Assembly: GCA_963920595.1 (NCBI GenBank)
Contig: OY986948.1
Location: 3,286,001 to 3,350,000 of the forward strand
Length of the DNA: 64,000 nucleotides
Source: Eimeria praecox
Lineage: Eukaryota
Reading direction: 5' to 3'
In this document: piece by piece, positions 13,549-38,489 of the stretch
How the letters are laid out: the number at the start of each line of letters is the position of its first letter
Numbering within the stretch: position 1 is the stretch's first letter
Made by a program: the position numbers and the translations under genes
Notes under the pieces: model-generated
Told to the model about the DNA's origin: nothing
Databases searched by the model: none
The model's input: only the letters and a program-made list of their open reading frames with translations

Positions 13549-13740
13549 CATTATTATTGATTGCTGGGGATTTCAGCTGCTGCGGAGCTCAAGGAAAGAT
13601 TACAAGTGTTAGCTGAAGAGCTGCAAGAGCAGCTGCCCTCGATTTCGACTTCTGTGCGCATTGGGATGATTCCTGTTTCTCTTGGTGTAGCAGCTGGCAC
13701 TCTGTACACCATGTACAGAATTAATAGGTCTCGGCTCTGA
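10289..13740 (+). CDS. Multi-exon type I membrane protein: signal peptide, Kelch repeats, EGF-like domains, C-terminal TM helix (exon boundaries partly approximate)
   Basis: [17 protein letters not shown] signal-like start. Kelch blades [88 protein letters not shown] motifs [23 protein letters not shown] and [16 protein letters not shown]. Terminal [30 protein letters not shown] at 13738-13740. Confidence 0.8.
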
Positions 13741-14182
13741 AGGCTCCTCTTCTAGTTATGCTGCTGGCTAGCACATCAATTATATTATTTTCTACCGATA
13801 CAACTGTCTAACTGGGCAACTTGGTAGCGTGTAATACATGCAAAACGACAATTATGCAAACATATTTGAAGTTGGATGGTCAAACTTCAACCAACACAAT
13901 GAAGAGTCGCTCTAGCGCTCTTGAGCTTTTGAACAAGACGGCTAGAGTTGTTTAGGGCTATACTGTTGCTGCTGCTGCTGCTGTCTCTGCTGTTGCCTGC
14001 CCTTCTTCTCTTGCCCTTGTTTGGCAGAAAACTATAAGCAAGTGGTTTTTGCTCCAAGCTACATGAAGGGGCCAGCGCGTGCAGCGGCGTGTGCAGCCTG
14101 CTGTAACCCAAGCCCTGAGGTGTGCGGCTTTGAGGGTTTGCCCTTATTGTTGCAGCAAGGGAAATTAACTGTTTTAACAGAC

Positions 14183-28098
<13,916 letters not shown>

Positions 28099-29410
28099 TG
28101 ACGGAACACCTTGTTATTCGACCTGACCTAAAGTTGTAGTTCTAGAAATACTCTACGTCCATTCATTACGAAACAAGTATGAATTTGTGTAGCAGGTAAT
28201 GGATGCACCGAGTGAATGCGAAGCGGGGCAGAATGTCTGAATTATTGCAAGCCCTCAACAGCATGCAGCGGAGTAGATCTTCGTTGTCTGCCCAAAGAGG
28301 AACTTCGGCTACTGTGTGGGCGCTGCCTGTGGTAATGAGGGAGGGGTTTGTCGTCGGCTGCGGGCGGCCACAGTATGGCGCTTGTGAAGAAATATCGGCA
28401 GCCAACAAACAGGCAGCCTCTGCCCTGATCATATCAACTAATATGTGTTGTCGCAAACGCTTTGCCGTCAGAGCACCTACGGGACGGTGGACGGCGGCAG
28501 TGCCGTCCGGGGTTTAGTCTGCCAGGGATAAGGAGCTGTTTGGGGAACTGATACCTAAACAAACAGTTCACAATGTATGAAATTATTATAGCCTCTCTAT
28601 CTATGTTAGAGAAGCAACAAGCTGCCTATTTCGGCTTTTCATGAGGAAATCAAGTAGGTATTTGGGGGCACACGAGAACATCATATGCTCGATGGTGCCG
28701 TTTGTATTGGCGCGCCACTGACATCTCAGGACAGCCTCCATGACAGAACACACATAATTCAATCTGCAAATAAACAATACAAGAAAGAGCCTTCCACGAA
28801 ATCCTTTCTGCATTGCAGCGCTGGCCGTGGAGACGCCCATAGGCAGCCTCCTTGAGTTGGGGCCCCAGCTGTCCAGCGGTCAAATCGAAGCTGGACCCTC
28901 AGAAATACTTTGAAATGACAATAATTTACGCGATAATACGCATATGCCCCTCTGTAAGGACAGTTCTGAAGTGTGAAGATGGCCGAAAATACCTAGACTA
29001 TGCAGTCTAAGGGCCGCTGCCGACCGCGCAACGAAGTGCCGAAGGCGCATAGTTCACTTGGCATATGTACGCCATTACTAAGCCGCACTTAAACAGTACA
29101 ACGATTAAATAAGTGGCTTTTGTTCGCTGGGGCACTGCTCAGCCTTCCAAGCAGCCAAAAGTACATCCGACACGGCAACTCGTATCCCTTGCCAATGACA
29201 GAAAAGAGACTGAAAGTTGATTGTCCCTGCTGGAAAGGTGCATATACACAACAGCCCTAGCAATAGGGTCTTGCCCAGAAATAATTCTAGTTCTGAATGA
29301 ACGCAAGCCCGGGAACACCGTGGCTCTGTCCATGTACTACCCATGCAGCGAGCTGCACACCAGGGAAGTAGGAAACCGACGGGGGCTTCCAACCAAGGCG
29401 AACTGCTGAG

Positions 29411-30616
29411 TTAGTCATCTTCTTCAAGTTCTGCAAGATGCTGCAGCTCCGGCGGCAGCAACTCGAGGTCTTCCTCCCTAGCTGGGGGTGGCTGCGTCCC
29501 CCCTTGAGGGTCCCCAGCCCCGGGTTGGGCAATCGCCTCGTTCACATCTACTGTGACAGTCGCATCCTCTGTTTCGGGCTCTGTCTTGTCTTCCATTGAG
29601 GTTTCAGCTTCGTATTTGTCCAAAGTAGGCACCATAAGACGAATACTGAAGCGCGCAAGGAGGTGAGAGAGGCCGCTGATCGCCAACCCAACGCGCCCAA
29701 CGCAGAGCTCAAAGATGGGAACCACAGTAAGGCAAAACCCCGTAGGAATGCGGAAAGAACACCGATGAGGTAGCTGTACCTGCGGCATAAGGGACGCCGT
29801 ACGAAGCGCAACGCACTAAGGCGTGCTGTTGCTGCACGATTCATTCATTCAACGGCTTGCCAAGAAACAGAACCAGCTTTTGCTCTCCCTGTCTAGGCAA
29901 ACTAAGTCCACTTTGCAGCCTACCTGGTGTACGCGAACTCTTTCCTTTGGCCGAGTCACATGAGGTGGCAGGTACGGGACCAATTCATCGTCGAAATCGC
30001 CTCGCCACCACTCGCCGAGAAACTCGCCGACTTCCATATCAGGACCCTCGTTTAACAGTTGCTGCGCTACCCACTTGCGCTTGGAGCATTGTTCTGGCTT
30101 GATCAAATATTTTGTGAGTTTGGCGTGCAGCACTTCCCTTGGCTTCTGCCATGTTTTGTACTTGAACATAAGCAAACTATGCTTCTGCTGCTGTTGATCT
30201 AGCAAAAGCAGCACGTGAGGGTATTCCGCTCGGTGCACCAAAAAAATGGCAGCTACTGACCTTCGTGTTCCTTCACGCATATACGCGTCTTGTCTTTTCT
30301 TGAGGAACTCCTCCTCAGAGCCCGAACCCCACTTGTTTCCAAGCGTGCTGTCGGACTCAAAAGAGTAGTTGGACTCGGGAAACACAGCCCATTCTGGCTC
30401 CACGTCCCTCGGCGCCGTAGCTGTCTTGCTGATAGCCTTGGAGGTTCCCTGCTTTTGCTCTATACTTAAAGATGCCTCCGCCGATGGGGTGGGCAGCTCC
30501 CTTTCAATCTCGCCATAGCGCAGGGACTCCACAGGAGCCGATAGCACATCCTGGGAGCTCTCCACTGACGCATTCAACGATGGCACGCCTGCGTCTTCCC
30601 CGCTAGCAACTTCCAT
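29411..30616 (-). CDS. NUDT21: Cleavage factor Im 25 kDa subunit-like protein (CFIm25/NUDT21/CPSF5 family), 2 exons (30616-29924, 29779-29411)
   Basis: EGTRRSVAAIFLVHRAEYPHVLLL, LGEWWRGDFDDELVPYLPPHVTRPKE, then a phase-0 GT..AG intron to VQLP..VPIFEL..ISGLSHLLARF. Confidence 0.88.
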
Positions 30617-31298
30617 TTTTACGTTTCCCCTTTTAGACCATATACGCCAGCGGAAACAGGAGAAACGGGTGATATTTACTCAGCGGCGCCGCAGGAAGAG
30701 TCCTAGAGGCGGCTGCCCAAGGATGCCCTAACTGCACTGAACGCAGTAAAGGCGATTGCAGAGATCATTGCTTACGGAATAACATAATTCCAAAGTGAAA
30801 GGACGAATACGGAATAGTGTGGATGCCCCTCCTCCGCCTTCAACTTGTCGATTTGGCATTCGGCGTCGAGGTCAGCGAGTCGCATTCACTCGCCATGCAA
30901 ATAAAACCCCATCGCTTCAGCTATTTTGGCAAATAAAACAGATATCCAAAAGAGATTTTAATTTATTATGAGTTGTGATATCACTAAACCCGCCGCCCAC
31001 ACAGCGGAAGCTGCCGACGACACATGCATGCTTCGTTGTTGGAGGAAAACAGAACAGCCTGAACAAAGGCAGTTGCAATCAATGCCTTCGATTTATAGTA
31101 CACTTCACAATTTTTTGCCATGGTTTCCCCACTTGAAGGCGAGGGAAACGTGAGCGCAGGGCCCTCGTGTCCCTTGTGATCCCTCCTTTCTTTATTGAGG
31201 CATTGCTGACTCATTCCTTGGAGATAATTAGCGTCAAGGGTTAAAAATAGCTTGTTGGTGTTTGATTGTGTTTACGTTTTGCTGCTGTATTATCAGAG

Positions 31299-31688
31299 AT
31301 GGCTGGGCTGGTGCGAGCCTTCCGAGATTCACTGCGTAGTATGGTGCTCCGGCAGTCACAGAGTTACCCTTCCCCGAGCAGGTCGCTTGCTCCTAAATTG
31401 GCAAGCGCACCTTATGTATCTAGTGCAGTTGACAGTGCCTCCGAGGAAAATATAGAATGCTTGACCCTCCATGCCGCCACCCTTTCAAGAGAGAGCCCAG
31501 AGGCTCTGGCGCACTTGACTGCTTATTTGCACGTACTTGGGAGCGTTGATTCGCTGTACCATAAGTACAAAGTGGGCGAGCATGGCGAGTCACAAAGTTC
31601 GATCCAGAAGGCAGCGAATCTTGTCGGTCTTAGCCTACCCAAAGCCTCGGCCGGCAAGCAAGAGACAGACTCAGGTAGGAGAATGTAG
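31299..31688 (+). CDS. Small putative mitochondrial protein resembling FMC1/C7orf55 (F1-ATP synthase assembly factor); the last few codons may be replaced by a spliced exon near 31803
   Basis: Arg/Ser/Leu-rich presequence-like N-terminus MAGLVRAFRDSLRSMVLRQS. C-terminal HLTAYLHVLGSVDSLYHKYKVGEHGESQSSIQKAANLVGLSLP resembles the FMC1 tail (L..EF..GERSVEE.A.LVGL.LP). Confidence 0.6.
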   Translation: MAGLVRAFRDSLRSMVLRQSQSYPSPSRSLAPKLASAPYVSSAVDSASEENIECLTLHAATLSRESPEALAHLTAYLHVLGSVDSLYHKYKVGEHGESQSSIQKAANLVGLSLPKASAGKQETDSGRRM

Positions 31689-32223
31689 GCCTTCGATATA
31701 CTTGTCTATAATTTGAACTGTTTGGGCATTGAACTTTATGTGCCCGTGAATTTGATAAGCTGTGGGAGTAGATGATGCCAATGAGTTGCCTTTTGTGCTC
31801 AGGGGGCTCGTGAGCAGCACGTGTTCGCGTTAATTACGACGCAGACACCGAAGGAGCGATCTCTACAGTTTGCTAGAAAAGTTGCACGGTCGGCAGCAGG
31901 CATTTGGAAAAATTATGTGCAGAGGGGGCCTCGCTGGCAGTGCTAACACATCCCACGACGAATGCCACAGTAGGTGGGTCCTAACTACCCACGCTGTACT
32001 TTGGCTAGAGGGCTTGCAGAGACGTATCACAGTTCTGAACATTGGGCAAGCGGACTTCATAGGCGTCGTGAGGCAGCGGCCTGCATTGAGCTTACCAATA
32101 TACTGGCAAGCTATAAGCGCTGGCGTGCTGCTGAAGTGCATGCACATTCATGCACTGGAAGCAAAAAAGGGACGCATGCGCTTAAGGCGGAACTTCCTCT
32201 GAATTCGAGGACGCTTCGAAGCC

Positions 32224-33860
32224 TTATAAGTATCCCTCTCGCGCAGAGAAGGACCCTTTGATCTGAACTTCTTGGGACATCTTGTCTCTCCCTTTAAAAC
32301 CCATGCAGACGAAATACATTTCCCGTGACTCTGGACGGCAAGCCCTAAAAACCGCAAAACGCAGCGAAGAGCTCGTCACGGGTTGGTCTCTGAGAAGCGT
32401 TCAGCGCTCTTTGTTTTTCCTCAGATGGGGTGGACTCTTTGTAAGAAGCTTATTAATTGATTTTAATGAGGAAGCATCACCTGGTTCTAGACAGGAGCCA
32501 GATCATTTGAACGCATATTTTAGAGCTTATTAAATACACGAGCAGACGAAAGCCTCACCGCGGCTTAGCGGACGCGACGCGAGAGAATCTGCTCTTGAGG
32601 TATGTCTTGTAGTTTCCGGTCTCGCTCCCCATGAATATCTTGACAACAAAGGTCCCGCCAAGGCATAAAACCTGCACTATTCAGACAGGACAACGGTGCA
32701 GGCTGTAGTTTATGCGTATTCGCATACTTCATGGTGGATAGCTCACTCTATTCTGGCAGTCCCGCCGCTTTTACCTGCTCCATTAGATCGGCGGCGTAGA
32801 GGCAAAGCTCCACTGAGTTGTAGTGGTCGTCGTGTCTAACGCCTGTGCATGCCGGTGCCATATCACTCAAAACAACATCTGCCTTTTGATCTCCCAGTGC
32901 TTGTAGCACCGCATGCAGAGTCTTTGCGTCACCGACCCTCCCCTGAATGAACTGCACATTCGGGAGCTGAGAACAGCACGCAGTTCCGATGAAGCGACGC
33001 GATAAAGACGTGAACTGAAAATACGGAGCATTTGTCCCTGGTCCTGTTTACTTGTACGCTTCTTAACTTCAATCGTCCTTTCCTAGTATTTGCCCTCTAT
33101 GTACTCAGTTCTCTTGCAACTGCCAAGCTAGCTGGCAAACTTACAGGGTCCATCTGTGCAACATCAACTCCAATGACCCGGGAAGTAGAAGGCGTCGAGG
33201 CTCCGCCGTTGGGCTCATCAGTTATCTCATGTCCAGCCACTAGACAGCGCTTCGCAGCTATCTGGCACCATCCTCCTGGGTAACATCCCAAGTCAAGAAC
33301 AACGCAGTCCTTCCTTAGAAAAAGATATTCGTCGTCAAGCTGCTTCAGCTTGAACGCTGAACGGCTTCGGTATTCGCACTGCATCGCACAGAGACAAAAT
33401 ATAATGCCCTTAGTGCTCTATTTAAACTAGCCGGAGCAGGGGAGTTACCTTTGCCACATGCATGCACTGCTGTTGTCTGGCCTGTGAACGCGTGTGGACT
33501 GTTTATGCAGGTTGATGCAGGCTTAGCCCTGCAACTGCACATGAAAATACTCAGAACATAAATGTATAAGGCGTGCGGTGCACCGAAGTTCTGGAAGACT
33601 CTGCTGGATACCTCTTGCGCTCGCTGGATGTAAGGATCTGTAATATGACGGCGGATCCACTCGGAGCTATGCTGAGAGCGATGGTTCCTTATCGCAGGTA
33701 TCACGGTAGCAAGTGAGCGTACGCCAGTTATATTCGGTAAAGTAATGCCGATATTATCGATCCGCCGCGTGTAACCATAACAAAGAAAGTGAGTCGCTGG
33801 GCTTTCGTGCATCGAAACCCTGGCCCGTTTTGGCAGCCAGCACACTGCTCCTCGGATCAT
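32224..33860 (-). CDS. MRM2: RrmJ/FtsJ-family rRNA 2'-O-methyltransferase, MRM2-like (probably mitochondrial), 5 exons
   Basis: SSEWIRRHITDPYIQRAQ, YRSRSAFKL, VLDLGCYPGGW, VIGVD, DVVLSDMAP, GGTFVVKIFMG, ACRPESREMYFV. The full K-D-K-E catalytic tetrad is present; stop TAA at 32226-32224. Confidence 0.9.
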
Positions 33861-34770
33861 GCTGAAACTTCAGCGTATATCGTCTTTCAAATGCCCATTA
33901 ATTGATTAAAATCGAGTTTCAGCAGAAGGCCTCGCTAAGTTGAAGGACCTCTCAAGTAGGAGGAATGCTACAGCCCATGGCTGCCAACAGGGAAGCTGAG
34001 TGTGCTTGAAGGAGCCGCATACACCCAAACAGTGTCATATCAAGTCCTTAAAAGATATTTAATTCAACTGTACCCTCGATTCCCCGAGTGTTCACCCTAT
34101 TTCCTTCAGTGATCGGCCTACGTAGGGCCCAGCCCCAGCGAATGCCGCTTGAACGCCAAAGCACCCGTCAAAGGGTGAAGCATGCTACACAGGTCACAGC
34201 TTGTGCATCCACCGTAAGGCTCTACTGCCGTTTCATTGCAAAGACAACGGCGGTCTGAAGAGCAATAACCGAACAAGTCTAGCCCGTACTGCCCAACAGG
34301 CAGCGAACAGCTGCGGCCGTCGCCTCAGTGCGCCCCTACAAATCTTCTGAATTCCCGTCACCGTAGCTTCTATCTGCCATTAATCCCCCTCAGAACGGGC
34401 CGCCCCATTCCAGTGAAACTTATCACTATAGGAATCACACCTCCCCACGCTCTAGAACCACCTCTACAAGCTAAATGGCCTCTCGCTCCCTCCCTTCCCT
34501 AGAAACAAGCTAACTTGGAGTTATCTATAACTGCAGCTCCCCTAAACGCTCCTCTAAACTATACTGCAAACAGCTCTCAGCCGTGCTTATGCTTACAAAT
34601 GGCAATGCCAAGGAACTCTGGTAACGAACTGTGCCGCGTCGGCTTATCGACCATTTCTCTTGAACCCCATATCAGTTTAAGGATTGTTTATGTTGAAAAA
34701 GGTTTTGCGGATTGTCATTCCACCGCAAGTCTTTTCAGCAACTATCCCTCAACCGAATGGTGAAAGGCGT

Positions 34771-35898
34771 TTACTTGGTGGAGCGTTTCTTACCCTTTTT
34801 GTTCTCTGTTTTTACCTCGTCCCTCTTCTGCCTCTCCTTGACTTGCAAGACTTGTTTCACGCATTTCTGCTCCTCAACGAGGAAAGCACGAAGAACCCTG
34901 CAAAACCCAGAAGGTCGGTGAACAACAGAGCAGGAATGCACAGCTGCCCGCAAAACTGAAGACATGCAAGGCTTTTGAGGAGTGTCTATTACAGCTAAGC
35001 CTGCTGATCAACTATTACTAAGGAGATTCTATAGAGGGAAATAGCGACGACAGGACCCACTTTTCGCGCACGCAGGAATGGCAGCGGGTGCCCCCGTAGG
35101 CGCGGTTAACCGTTCTTTCGCGTTTCTTCAGGAGTCTGAACTGGGGTGGACGACGAGCTGGGATCTGCGCACATTGAGTTCCAAACAAAGGCTGAGACTG
35201 TCCCCAGCACCGCAAGGCTACTTATGCATTGCGCAGAACACTCCGCACAAGATAATTCACACCTGCTGAAAGCATGCTTTCTGAAAGCAATATGAACATA
35301 CCATCCCCACACGATACGAAGCCTCGCCTCCGCAACAGCTCCACCCCCCAATTCTCTGTAATGTCGTGTGCTATTCTCCATATTTTTAAGAAGCGAATTA
35401 ATAACACCAACACATGATCATCTGCACTGACTGACACTATGCTCCGGAAGCACGAACAAACCCTCCCCCATGCTACACAGCCTTCCTTCACCAACAGCTA
35501 TACCTCACGGTTTCCAGAAAATATTGCAAATACCTTCCGTGGTTCAAATGCGAACACCGTACTGGTGAAAATACTAAAAAGGCAACTGCAGCACAGACGT
35601 GATGGGGCTGTGCAGGAGGGCTCTGGCGCTTCTGGGATTTGAGGGGTTTTGAGGGAAGAGTGATTGCACATCGCGAGTGTATCCATGCATCATTACCGGT
35701 AAAACACAAATACCAACAAGCAGAGTTAGTATTTCTCACCCCAGGAAGAAGCCTTCCGCATCCCCCACACTTCTGACGAGAAGCCTGCTTGCGAACATTG
35801 AGGTAGACGACCTTGGCACCTGGGGTTTTGACACGCCTCACGCGGTTAGAGGCGGTATTATAGTGATTGTGACGGCGAAAAACGAGACGAGTGGACAT
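34771..35898 (-). CDS. RPL34: 60S ribosomal protein L34 (eL34), 3 exons (35898-35740, 35164-35061, 34897-34771)
   Basis: RRHNHYNTASNRVRRVKTPG, KCGGCGRLLPG|IPARRP, RTVNRAYGGTRCHSCVREK|VLRAFLVEEQKCVK; canonical GT-AG introns keep the frame. Confidence 0.96.
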
Positions 35899-36832
35899 CT
35901 TCAATTCCCAGTGGAAGGTCGTGGGGGCTGGGGATGCGCGGCGTGCAAACGGCGCTCTACTTCTGCACAGTCGTTTGCAGGCACAGCTGGTAAGGGGGAA
36001 GAAGCCCGCAGCCCACAAATTAAAATAATACAAAATGTCCGTTTGAATGCCCCTAACGCGCGAACTCAAGGAGGCCGAATCAACCAATATCTGATAATGA
36101 AAGCCCCCGCTGCGCCGCCCCATTCGTAGCATGCCAGCCCACAGCCCCAGAAGCGCCCGTGGGACAGAGCATTAGCTACATGGAGCTTAGGAAGTTACGC
36201 TGGATATAATCTACAACTAGCAATAAAACTAAATCTCTTCATTACGCTTGCTGCCTTCGCAGCTTGGCACTGCTATCACCGCTTTTGCCCTGGATGCTGA
36301 CCGGCTGCGGGGACATCTTTGGCTGAAGCATCCCAAACCGGATTCCCCGCTCAGGCTCTGTTCCCGCCCATTGCATCTGGCAGAGCGAGTAAAAATGAGC
36401 AGCTAGGATCATTGCATGCTGCCCCAGGCGTCGTGCTGTTATTGGGCTGTTGCTTGACCTGTGCCCCCTAGCAGCCAGCAGCCCATGCGCAGCCTTTCAC
36501 TGCAGTGGCAGATTGCCCATAAAGGCACTTCATATGGGTAGTTGTGGATGCCGAAGTGGCGTTGAATGTTATCAGCGTTTCCTGCTGAGGCGTAGGGATG
36601 TCTGCCTGCGCATTTAATTGCAGCTTCCAAGGGGCTGCTTGCTAATGTTGAACTCCCTACAAGGATAGCGAGTGTTGCTCATGCTTGCAAAATTGTGCCT
36701 TCAAGGAGTGCTGTCTGTTCACCGCGGCCGCTGAAAAAGGGCTTATAATTTTGCTCGTGTGCCGTGTTTGCGCTACACCGGCTGGCGGGTGTATTTGGTT
36801 GGATTTTTTTGTTTTGGTAAATTCAAGTGTCA

Positions 36833-37699
36833 ATGGCGTCTTTACTTCCTCTTTCACGCCCCCCTCTTCCTCAGGATAAACTTCTGAAGTCGGGTTCAGA
36901 ACGCCTGCATCCTCCTGCAGATGCAGCCTGGGGGGATCGCCGTGCTGGAGCTAGAAGTGCATCAACTTGGTTTTCAGCGGGGCCGCTGTTTTCTAATGAG
37001 ATAGACATAGATGACGATGACGAGTCGGACAGCTGGTGCTGCTGTGAGCCACTGAACAACACGGAAAGAATCTTAGGTTGGCTCACGTGCTTCCTAGGAG
37101 GGCTCATCCTTTCGGCGGTGTCGATGGGTGAGCCACGTCGCTGCGTGTCCTTTGTTTGTCTGTGTTTTCTAGTGATAACAGATTTAAATAATGTTGGGTT
37201 CATGCGATGGAACAAGTCTCAGTTGCCGCGTAACTCTCTTAGCCAGCAAAGGGAACGCTGGCCCGCGTCTGTATCTCTGTTTGATACGCTCTGGTTATTC
37301 GTTCGTAGTTTTTAATGTCGGGTAGTTCATCGTGTGCTACTTTACGTATTTGGCGTTTGTGATTCAGGCTCCTTCAATGACATGCTGCTGGGGAAGAACA
37401 ATAAATTTGCCGTAACGTACACCATTGGCAACATAATTGGGCTGGCAGGGACCTCTTTTCTTGTTGGTCCGATTCAGCAGTTTCGGAACATGGCTGACAA
37501 ATCACGATTCGTGACGAGTTGCATCTTTGTAGGCAGTTTAGTTGCAACCTTGCTGTCGAGTATTTACCTCAAGGTAGGATTCGTCATCGTATTTTTTGTT
37601 TGTGTTCAGTGGCTTGCATACATGTGGTATTCCTTAAGCTACATACCGTACGGCCAGCGGACAATTTTGTGGATATTCCGGAGGTTGTCCTTCCGCTAG
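36833..37699 (+). CDS. SFT2: Got1/Sft2-family vesicle transport protein (SFT2D-like), 2 exons (36833-37127, 37368-37699)
   Basis: ERILGWLTC, KFAVTYTIGNIIGLAGTSFLVGPIQQFRNM..R, QWLAYMWYSLSYIPYGQ; four TM segments; phase-1 GT-AG intron. Confidence 0.92.
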
Positions 37700-38489
37700 T
37701 AACCAGCAGCGGTTGTGATCGGTGTCTATATAGTTCATGCACATGTTGGCATGCCAGCATGGCCTACTATCAAGCACAACGAAGCCAGACGTGCTCACGC
37801 TTCGTAGACTTTGCAGATGCCCTCTTAGCGGGGACCTCGTTGCCGTGGGTGAATCGCGTAATTACGTTTGAGCCTGCTGGCTCTGACAAAACGCAACTTG
37901 CTGCCGGTGTTGTCCACGTTGAGGCTAATCATTTTACTCCACTTTTGAAGAACCCAAGAATACTGAAGCATTGTCGGAAACCCCGCTGGGCCTGCTTTGT
38001 ACCGATAGTAGGGTCACCGATATAGTGTTGGCATGAGCATTGAGGCTGCATATGGCGGAGTTTTGTATACTGCGCGCGAGCATCTGCAGCTGATGTGTCT
38101 GCATTACATGGCAGTCTTTGCATTTTCTATGCAGCCTGACATATGCAGGCCCTAACACAATGCCGGCGACTCAGCAGGCTTCTGTACCACAACTATTGTT
38201 AGGCAATGATCTGTCGCACGCCGAATGCCATTTGGCAGTCGCAAACGCCTAGCATATATAGTGCTGTGAGGCGGCCAAACGCGGTCTAGCCGGCACCAAT
38301 GTGACTTCAAAAGGTCTTTAATGGCACAAAATTGCGGTTTACTTCATCGAAGGCCACTTAGCAGCTGCACGCATTTCATGTAGTATGTACGGCAAGTTGT
38401 GCCGAGGCCAGCAGCGGTCTAGCGACCGACGGCGATAGTTCCAAAGTGTCAGGAACAGCACGAAATTGCACACTACTTCGGAGGTGAGT

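Noticed and set aside
35165..35739. Possible intronic snoRNA in the 575-bp RPL34 intron
   Set aside because: Only imperfect C-box-like words (ATGATGC, ATGATCA); I could not find a properly placed CTGA box, terminal stem or H/ACA fold.
35899..36132. N-terminal extension of RPL34 suggested by ORF 35488-36132
   Set aside because: eL34 homology starts at MSTRLVFRR (35898); the upstream part is most simply 5' UTR and the ORF tail is intron.
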